Source of the DNA: Sphyrna mokarran | Taxonomy: Eukaryota | Direction: 5' to 3' | DNA: 64,000 bases | Assembly (NCBI GenBank): GCA_024679065.1 | Contig: JAGIQG010000004.1 | Coordinates: forward strand, 54,250,001-54,314,000 | The notes under the pieces: model-generated | Database searches by the model: none | The model's input: only the letters and a program-made list of their open reading frames with translations | What the model was told of the DNA's origin: nothing | In this document: piece after piece, positions 25,800 to 36,500 of the stretch | Layout: each line of letters starts with the position of its first letter | Position numbering within the stretch: the first letter of the stretch is position 1 | Position numbers and translations under genes: made by a program

Positions 25800-27080
25800 C
25801 TGTTAATATAAAAATCTCATGGGACTTTGACTTTTCACAAAACAAGTGATATAGTTTGCCCAGCAACCTGTGGCAATTCACAATTTTGGGAATAACCCTT
25901 CAATATCAAGTTGGTAGCCAGTTTTCACATAAGCAGTGTGTATCAATTGTTTGCTTTTCTCCCCCCTGAATGTTGTCCCTATCAAAAGTTGGGATGTTTA
26001 CATGAGTTGAGGGAAAAGACTCCTTTTAATAAAGGGCATCTGTCCCCACCATCCTGTCTGTTACTGTGACTCATTTTCTGCGAAGAACTTGTTGACACTT
26101 TAAAACCATCCCTATTAGCATAGTATAACAGATTCGGAGGGATTCCAAATTGGGTTACATCTGCTGCTCTAGTGCATACAATTGGGCAGCCTGAAAACTA
26201 ATGCAGCTTTCTTGAAATTATTTAATTAATGCCTTATAATTAATTGCTCATATTTAAGAGAAAATCAATTTCTTTACAATAAATGTTTACATTTTTCAAT
26301 GTATCTCTTTTGAATTCTAGGTTTAATTTTACTTATAACTGAAGTTTATGAATATCTCAGACAACATCATGGTGACCATCTAAGTCCAGTTTCCCTGAAC
26401 ATTGACCATGGCTTCTATCAGCCACGGACTTGATCAGTTCTTCAAATCCAACCAATGGCATTTTGTAGCACCTACCCTGATTGGCTGGTACTTCTGTTCA
26501 ACTCTACAATGAATGAAGACAAAGAATTAACTGGCTCATTTTTTTAAAAAGAAGAAATGTTTCTTTCTGCTTGAGTAATTGTTGCATTTTCTACTTTATT
26601 AGATGGATAAAAATAACTTTTCTGAGGGTTTTAATTGTATAGAGAGATTTCACCCTGATCATTTTGACTTTGTAATTGGATGTAGCACTCAATCTAGTAG
26701 GATTGGCAATTCACTGAATGGATTTTGTGGCTTTGAGTTCTATGATAGAAAATGTTTCACAGCTCCTCTTGCTGACCAACTCAAATCTCAAACATATTTA
26801 GTCTTGTTTATGATTATATCCGAGAGTCATGGGTTGAGATTTTAACTTTCACCTGTTTTATACAAATGAATGTTTTCTGCTCATTCCATGTGATTAAGGT
26901 GTGTAAATAACATGACTGCTGCTGGTTTGTGGATCTGTCCAATTTGCCCCAATATCTGCTGTGTATGATTTAGATTGTGTGAAGTATTTTGATCTTCAGA
27001 AAATTGCAATGCCCAGAATCAGTGGGAATTACAGTAAATGCCAGATTGCAAGCAGTCATAAGGCTGTTTGCATTTCTTAA
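25800..27080. repeat. Diverged segmental duplicate, copy 2
   Basis: Matches 13140-14185 in order and orientation. The left boundary is uncertain. Confidence 0.75.
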
Positions 27081-30000
27081 GTTTTTTTAAAAAAACACAC
27101 ACTGAGTCTTAAAACTATAAGCAATTTGAACTACACTAAAATATTGAGGTTAGCCCAAAAAAATTTTAATTCTGAATGGTAACAAACCAAATGCAGGTTT
27201 AGGAGCCTTGTGTTCCCAGTTGGTGGGAAAATTGTTTATTTATGACTAATTTTGCATGGGAAAGATGTTGCCTTCCTTCTTAGCAAGAAATCTGGAAGTT
27301 CGAGTATGAGACTTTTAGAATCATTGTTGACTGTCGTAGCTCCAGGCTCACTGTAATCTTGGTGATAAGTGAGTCCTTGGCTGTATTATCCACACTTGCA
27401 TATAGAATCTTGCCTGTCTTGAATCTGTATGTCTATAGTGTTGCCCATCACCCTGGTAGAATGGAATGTTAGAACATCACCTTTGGCAGATGTAGGATGC
27501 AATGAAAAGTGCTTCTGGTAGGATTGCCGTAATCCTATATAATTAAACTGCACTGAAAACATTGCAATTTATACAATGTTTTGCCTTAAAATTGGTTGGT
27601 GCCTCGAGAGAATTGTAAGGATAGTAAAGTAAGAATAGAGCTATCTCTAGTGGGAGTGATTTTAAAAAAAATACTTTAGTATACAGCACCTGACTTTATA
27701 TAGTCCTGCTGATTATCACTTGTTTTGCTGTAGCTTTGACAACCTAAAAGAACTAAACAGTTGGTTATACCTTTTGTGGTTTCCGTCCATCTCTGTCTTC
27801 TCGGCCCCTGTTTCTTATCACCTTTCCACCTGTTCCCCAGTGCCAAATAAAGATTTAAAACTGATCTCCATTTTCAGGAAAGTAACCCTGTGAAATTTCT
27901 TAATCTGTGTCTCCAATCCCTCTATTCTTAGTTATGGAATCTGACCATGGTTCCTGTATCATCTAACCCATAGAAATTAGTTGATTTACAATGTTTATGC
28001 ACAAGGTTCACTAATGTGCTTAGCCAGTTGGCATATCTTATATCACTGCATTGAAAATTGCAGTGGTTAGTACTGCTGTCTGTGCCAGAGACCTACATGT
28101 GATTCCTTGCGTGGGTCACTGTGTGGAGTTTGCACATCGTCGCAATGTGGGTTTCTTCCAGATGATCCAGTTTCCTTCTACATTCTGAAGATGTGCTGGT
28201 AAGGTTGAACATGCTAAATTGCCCCATAGTGTCAGGGGGTTAGAAGGGCTATGAGATAGGTCCTGGGTGGGATTGCAATTGGCCACCTCCTGCACTGTAG
28301 GAATTCTATGACAGCGCAGGTGGTGTCTGTTAGCTAAAATGTTTCCTTGACCCTGTTGGATCTTTTGGGTTGACTAACTGAACTGTACTTCCCTGGGAGC
28401 AGCACAAAAATGAAGCAATTTTTCAGTAATTGCTGTCCATAAAGTATTCTGATTAGCCTAGTTATGTTTTCTCCTTTTTTAAAAGGTAGGATTATATTGT
28501 TGCAGGCAACAGGCTGATCTGTCCCTCTTTTGAAACTAGATAGCATATTCTTGGGTTCTATTAAATAGTTTGAATTTTGCAGAATGGTGGTGCATTGAAG
28601 TTCCCATTATCCTTTGCCACATTATTGGTGATTACAACACGTTTGCTGTTGCTTCAAACAGAACAAATTTTAAAAAGAAAACTGTTAAACAAAAATATTT
28701 GTTTTATTGCAGTTGAATTGATTGGCACCTAACGCTTCATAAGGAATCTCCAAATCTGATCTCAAACCATGGAAACTCAATTTTAAGAACTATCATAAAC
28801 TGACAGTATAAATCTATATGACTTGGTTGATATTGTTTCAAACTTGAGCAAATTTATGACATGCTACTCAAAGAAATAAGATATTTGAAAGCCTTCTTGG
28901 TATGGAAAAAAACACTGATATTAGACTTGTTTCATTGGATAAGTGACCAATTCTCTTGTTTTACTACCTTGGCTTTGTAGATTCTCACCATTATTCTGTA
29001 CTTTAATTGCAATAAATGAAACTGTATGGTTAATGAACAAGTATCAGGAAGCCTTGTGACACAGTGGGCACCTGCTTCTAAGGCAGAAGCTCTGGGTTCA
29101 AGTCTGATCCAGGAGTTGCTTGTCAAGAAAGGTTGGTCAAGGAATGATGCTAAATAAGTTGAGTAACTTGTGAATGCTTAATGTACACCAATGGTAGACA
29201 GTAAAAACAGGAGAAATTTCCATCACATGGTCATCCACGTGATGGAAATTAATTGAAGCCTCTACTATCACTACCCACTTGGGATTGAACATAATGGCAT
29301 ATTATTAGAACAACAGACTCCTTGGAGGGCTAAATAGCTGGTGTCTGTCAGACTGGTACCAATAGCTGGATTAATCCCCAGATTGGAATGGATTCCTTGC
29401 TGTGAAGTCAGAGTGCTGTAGATTAGATCTGCCTTTAGGCAGAGTTGAGGAATGAAATACCTGGGTCTACTTCTATAAAAAGCTCAATTTTGTGTTGTTT
29501 TAAGATTTTCAACTTCTCTCTCTATGTCATGTTTATTTCTGCATACTCTACATGTTTGTCTTGCTGTTTAAATTTTGATGCTTTCTTGAAGTGAGCGAGC
29601 TGCAGAGTGGCGTAAGTCAGCTTGTTATCTCTGCGTTGTTTAGTCTGTGAAAGCAATATGTAATATTTGTTAACTCATCAGCTCATTACTTGAGGCAATC
29701 AGGTTTTTAAAAGTTTTCTCTCATTTCAAGTCACAGTTAATAAGAACACAGCCCATCAAGTTTAGAGCAATTTAGTTCCCTTTTCTCTTATGCTAAAGAA
29801 AAGTGACCATCCAATTTCTTTTTGAAATTATTGGTCTCTGTTTCCCTTTATCCCTGGCAGCCCACAAACTCATCTCCAACCTGTTCTTAATCTCCACCCC
29901 TCTCCCAAGTCCCTTGCCCAAAAACCTCATTCTCATACCACCAGTTAATGGAAACACCACAATGAATCTTTTCTCCAAGGAGAGAAATGCTAGCTTTTCC

Positions 30001-33000
30001 ATGCATAGAACCATTTTACATTTCCCCCGTAGGGCTCGCACATACTAATATGTGCTGATCTGATCAGGCTGCAAAATCTGTGGCCTAACCAAAACTTGAT
30101 AAAGTTTTAATATTAAAACTGTGGAATCCATCTATGTGTGCACTAATTATCCAGACCCCAAACCCTCTCTATCCTATAACCCTGTGTCTTCAGTATCCCT
30201 AACTTACATAATCTACTTTTCATGTTTTACTAACTAATTTCTTACGATGTCCTGCACTACCACCTTCAAAGATTGATATACATAGAATCCCAGCTTCCAG
30301 TTCTGCACTCTGTTTAGAACTGTGCCAGTACATCTCCGGTATTTATCCCTATCCCTCCTGCCAAAGTCCAGCATCTTGTGTTTTTAGATCGCATTTTGCC
30401 ACTAATCTGCCTATTCTGCTATTTGTGTCCTGAAGCAGCCCATTAAAACTCATCCTTTGTTAGCTCCTCCAAATTTGGTATCATTGAGAATTGTTTGTAT
30501 TGGTTTTATTTTGGGTCTCTCTCCTCTTCAAAGTCTTTCCCCAAATCGTATTGGTATTCTGTTTCAATCTTAATGTCTCCTGCTATTATAACCAATTTAA
30601 GACAGCAGATGCATACTTCAATTAAAATAGCAGACAAATGAATTTCATACTTGCAGACTGGTGGTTACTTGGATGCTGTGATAAGGCTACATATGGGGTC
30701 ATGTGATAGGAATGCAGGTAGATGCACCATGCTGTGCAGAGTATTCCATAAACTGTTTTGTTTTCATACTTGGTCACCAGTTATTGAAACCCCCAAAGAA
30801 TATTTGAATTGCTGGTGTTACAATTGGGGCTTAAGACTGAATTTTGCATGAGCCCTGCCAATTTATCTGATCTATCTACTCCCTGGATCAAGGTTTCAAG
30901 ATCCTACTTACTCACTGGGTTCCTCTTCCCTCTTCCCCCATCCCCCAATCTCTGGGTCATGAGGCAAAAATGAATGCTAGTTGAGATCAGTCAACACCAT
31001 CAGTTAGTTGATTTTAAATGTGGGGCCTTGCCAATCACTGCAGCTAAGTGTAGTACCACTTAACAATGACAGTGTTTCAATTAATGATCTGAGCTGTACT
31101 TGAAATATACAATGCTCTTCTCTATCTGTATGTGTTTGCATTTTTCCTAGTGCTGGTTTCGACAGGGGCATTGTTATGTGAGTTTCTTATTTTGTGGTTT
31201 AGAACATCATCATAGCCAGCCCCCAATAGGAAACAGAGTCCAGTGTCCTTTTTATATTGCCTCTGATTGCTTTTTGCAACTAAATCAGTTGGAGATATGC
31301 TGGTGCTTTATTGGACAGAATAAAATGAGTCCTAAGTCAAACCAACCTGTGCAATTTCTTTCATGATTGTGATAACAGAGTATTGATCTTGAATGAAAAT
31401 AGTTTGGATATTAATTGGCCCTACATGGGAATAGGTGGCGTGCTCTGTCTCATGTCTCCGTTTGAAGAATCCATTCTCATGTTAGTACCGTCAATTAATT
31501 TAGCTGCATGCAAACACAATCATTTCTTTTTACTACATTTTTCTTCTTTGACCTTATTTGTTCTTGCACTCCTTTGTTTGTATGCTCTGCTCCTGTCAAA
31601 TTGTGGCTATCATTTCTCAAATCTTTAACCTGCACTATTGCTTTGTTCTTTTTTTCAACTCTCAGAACCAGGCACCTTCCTAATATCTCTGATTATGATA
31701 CAAAATGTGTTAACAAGCACCTGGGCATATAGGAACCTCCTATTTTTGGAACAAGTTGAATTATGAAAATGTTATCAATTGGTAGAATATGTCACAATAA
31801 ATACTAATATTTATCTTACCCTTATAAATAATAGAATGCCTACAGTGTACAAACAGGCCATTCCACCCATCAAGTCTACACTCGAATCTCAACATATGAT
31901 CTTTCTCTGGCCCATCCCACAGCCTATCTCCATAACCCTACTCATTTACCTCACTAATTCCCCTAACCTACATGATTTGGGATACTAAGAGATACTTTAG
32001 CATGGCCAGTTCACCTAACCAGCACATCTTTGGACTGTGGGCAGTAACTGGACCATTCAGAAGAAACCCACACAGATAGGGGAAGAATGTGCAAGCTCCA
32101 CACATTCACCCAAAGCTGCAATTGGTCTTAGGTCCCTGGTGCTTTAAGACAGCAGTGCTCACCACTGTGCCATCCTTAATAATAAAAGCACGTGGCAAAA
32201 AAGAAGGAATTGATGCTAAAACATTATAAATCACTAGTAAGTTGTCATTGCTGTATCATGCCCCATTCTGGGAACAACATTGTTGGGAGTGTTAGAAAGC
32301 AGGGGTATGTTCAAGTGATCTCAATCTGTATTGCTGAATATTAGAAATAAGGTATAGATTTATGTGAGTCTACTTTAATGTTTCTGTATAAGAAAGGATA
32401 AAACTTCGATTAGATTATTGTTAAACAAAGGTGCATATGTGTACGGGGGTGGGGGGAATGGAGGCATTGGTTTCATTTAAAACTGTTTCTATTGTCCTTA
32501 GAGAGTTTACAGTATGAAAAGTAAGCAAACGTTTCAAGAAAGATTGAGTTTTTGTTTAGCAACTAGGTCGTCTTTAGGGAAGAAAAAGTGCTTGTGCTTT
32601 TAATTTAACTGAACTCATGGCAGGTAGATCTTAGCAGCTAGAGAGACAACAGCTCACTCAGTTCTGTCAGAAAGAAGACAGTGAAGTAATGGGCATGAAT
32701 GCAAGTCCCAGAAACTAAAAAAAAGTTAGTTCTAGAAACCAGAGATTGAAAAGAAAGGTTGCAGGAAACTGAGGTTTTGAGAACAAGACTGAAAAAATTG
32801 AACAATTGTACTATTTATTGAAGTTAAGGACGGAGCTGAAAAGTACAGCTTAGTGAGAAACCAAATAATCATAAGATTGGGGATATCTTGTTGCAGCCTG
32901 TGAAGCAATAGTTGAAACAATTGTGAAGCAGTTGGTGGTTCGATTACTGAGAGATTATGTGGAAAACTTAAAAATGCATGGCTATTGAAGACATATGAGT

Positions 33001-33104
33001 TACTGAAATGTAGTTGGAAATCCTGGAAGTGAATTCTTCGTGGAACCAGTTGATGGAAAGCATGATTTGAAAGAAGGTTTTAAGGCATGCCTTTTTGAGA
33101 GTGA

Positions 33105-33220
33105 TGATGTGGAGTTGCCGGCATTGGACTAGGGTAGACACAGTAAGTAGTCTCACAACACCTCATTAAAGTCCAACAGGTTTACTTGGTAGCAGGAGCT
33201 CGGAGCACAGTGCCTTTAGC
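33105..33220 (-). mobile_element. Penelope-like terminal repeat fragment
   Basis: Reverse complement of 46870-46980, with the hammerhead core partly deleted. Confidence 0.65.
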
Positions 33221-33506
33221 GTGATAATCACAAACATGTGATAAGAAAGTCGCTAAATTGCGATTGAAATACAACCAAGGGGAAATGTAAAACAGTCTGC
33301 CAGTTCCATATTAGCCATTTTACATTGCCGCAGGAAATTACTTAAGAGTGTTTACATTACAAGGTCCTGATATTTTACCAAATGCGGAACGTTAAGAAGG
33401 TGTACAAATTAAATAAACAGTTCGAATGGGAAAATTGAACATTTGCATTTCAGAAGTGATTTGCCCTGCCATATTCAACTCTCAATCTCATAACGCTCTT
33501 GAGGCA

Positions 33507-36500
33507 TCAACTTCGTTCTTTAAAGATGCAACAAAACAAAAGATTTATACCCTTCAATGAAGCACTATTCACCCGCCGTTTCTGTCTTAACAGTTCAACT
33601 GGGCATAACAAAATAAGAATTTGCGGTGAAATAAGAAAACTTCTTACCAGCTGAAGCTTTAAATTTGAGTCTCGTCAAAAAAATTATCAACAGTACAACA
33701 GCCAATGCGCCACCTGCACATCCCAAAATGAGTGGAAAATGGTTTCCTGAAATAGCGACAAGATCAACAAATGATTGAAATCAGAAAGTTCCGAACACAG
33801 CGAGATTTATACACAATCTTGGGTCTAGCGCGGGAGGACGCGGTGCAATGTTGTCTTTCCCGAAATTGTGTCCATTTACTCTGTGTGGGGACCGATACTT
33901 TTATTTCTATAGGCAGTAGCTATAAAAGGATTATAACGTTGTCCAAACAACAGTAACGCTATTTATGGAGGAAACTAATCTATAAAGGCGCAGGAAATTT
34001 CTCTCTAGACCTGGGGGAATTTGCGGTCAAAGTAAAGGGGTTTATATTTGTGCCACACCAGACAGACGCGCACCGGCTACAAGTAATAGCAAAGCTTTTC
34101 ATTCTTCGGCACTGACAACCAGAGAACACACACTGCAGCTCTTAGTAGGTAACAAGAACAGTTTGCATTTAACATTCTAAAATGCCCAAACGCAGCGTTA
34201 TCAAACACAGTCAAACCACATGAATAATATTTTGACAGCTGGAGGTAGAGTTGAGGGAACGTCGAAAATGAGAGTTGAAAAGGCGGGGATACTCAAGAGC
34301 GAGAGTTGAATTCAGATAGCGGAAGGCATTATGCGGACATAACGATTTTACCTTACATGCAATTCAAATATTCAGGATATAAAAGTGACTACTAAAACTG
34401 ATCATTTTTATATGTACGTTTATTTCACTCGGCAAGAATTTGACGAGAAATAAGCACATAAATTAGAGCACCATAGGAAAGTTAAAGCACAGAAGGAGGC
34501 CAATCGGCTCATCTTGTCCATGTCAGCTCGTGGACACGAGGTGCCCTTTCCAATTTCACCTTCCTGCGTCCGGCCCTTAGCCCTGTGGCTTACTTAAGGT
34601 ACAGATCTATGTACCTTTAAAAAAAGTTTACGGTCTCTGCCTTCACCAACTCAAGCAGCGAATTCCAGACCCCATCTTTCTTTGTGTAAAAAAAGATATT
34701 CCTCGTGTCTTCTCTACATCTTCTGCCACTTATATTAAATCCATGACCCCTGTTTCTAGAATTCTCCGTCAAGGGAAACGATTTCATCCTGTCCATTCCA
34801 CCTTTTCCTCTCATAATTGTGCACACCTCTATCAAGTTACTTATCAGGCTTTTTTCTCAGGAAAATAAATTCAGCCCATCCAATCTCTCTTCATAACAAC
34901 ACATTTCTAGCCCCGGCAATCTCTAGTTTTAGGTCTTTTCAGGAAAATATTCTCTCTCCTCCAGCTACAAACTATCTTGATCATTTTAATTCGTTACTAT
35001 TGATGTGACATTGTAATTAAATAAAGTCTACAATCACCTTGTAAATTCAAGTTTGAACAGCTGCCAGCTACATTAATAATAAATAATACAAATCGGAGTC
35101 TTTACCCCCGCTCGTTTCTGTAAATGTTTCGAATCTTACCTTGCAATACGGTGTAGCTGACGCTGGCGGGCATCTTAAGGGAGATATGAGATGCCAGACA
35201 TGTATAAACGACTCTGTTTTGGAGAGGTAGTGCTTCTTCCAAAGAACTGGTGACCTCAAAAAGACCATCCACTGCCTCATTTCTCACAGTTTGTATTCCG
35301 GCCAGAATTTCCACACCATCTCTGCGCCAGGAGATGTTTAAACCCTCCGGGTAAAATGCAGCCGTTTTGCACTTGAATTTTAGAGAAGTCACTGTATTCT
35401 CTTCAATCCGAACGATTTTCAGTGGTGTTGGAGGAACTATTAACAGGGGGAAGAATCATTTTTGAATTGAAAAGAGTAAATTCTCAATTGCCGAACCTCG
35501 AACGCTTTTATACTCATACTGAGATAATAGTTATCATGCTGTCGCGTTTTTTTAAACTTCGGGCGTGCATTTATTTTATATAATGTTGTACGACGCTCAG
35601 CAAAATTGTCGGACGTTTTGAAAGCGGATCGTTCTCCCATAAATGATTACAATCAGGGAAGAAAGACATGATAGAGTTAAAGCCGGAATTAAAGCCATGA
35701 TGTGCCGGCGTTGGACTGGGGTAAATATAGTAAGAAGTCTCACAAAACCAGGTTATAAATGAAAAATAAATGAATATTTGCCAAATAAACCTGTTGGGCT
35801 TTAACCTGGTGTTGTGTGACTTCTTACAGAATTAAAGCAGCAGATTCTGGCGCGGGATTGTGTTCGGCAGCAGTGACCTGCATTCAGATTCCGGTCCGAA
35901 TGTATCACGGGGAGCACCAAAAAGTCAGCACGAACATTGGGTTCTACTCGGGTTTTTCTGTAAGAATCATTGTAGCACTAAACATTGCGTGTTCGTTTGA
36001 AAAATGACCCACTTCAAATTTTTAATTATTAACCAACACAGCACGGGAAACAGGCCCTTCGGCCCAACGAGCCCGCGCCACCGTAATACCAAATACATTA
36101 TCCTATTTTAATATTCCTATATAATAATATATATATTAATCCTAATTTGGAAAATTTTCACCATAGGGACAATTTGTTACCCAATCAGCCTAAGAGCGAA
36201 TTTTTGTGTTTCCAAACGTATTTTGTTGTACTGATTAATGTTAAGATGCGTGAAATCAAAATACATCTCATTTCTAAATTGGCACCAGACAAGATATAGT
36301 TATATGTATAGATTAAAACCTATGAGTTACCATTGATTACACAACATTTCAATGCCCCTGGTTGAGGTTTCAGATCATGCACCTTTCACCAAAACATCTT
36401 TCTGTAGGCCGGATGCGAATGTTGGAGTATTTTGCAAGCCAGGATAATTTTTGTTAATTATATATCGCTATGCAGATCACAACACCCATGAATTAATTCC

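Noticed and set aside
27290-27430. ILYASV ITIM-like hexamer on the minus strand
   Set aside because: There is an in-frame stop just upstream, no convincing splice sites and no similarity to the 19-21 kb exons.
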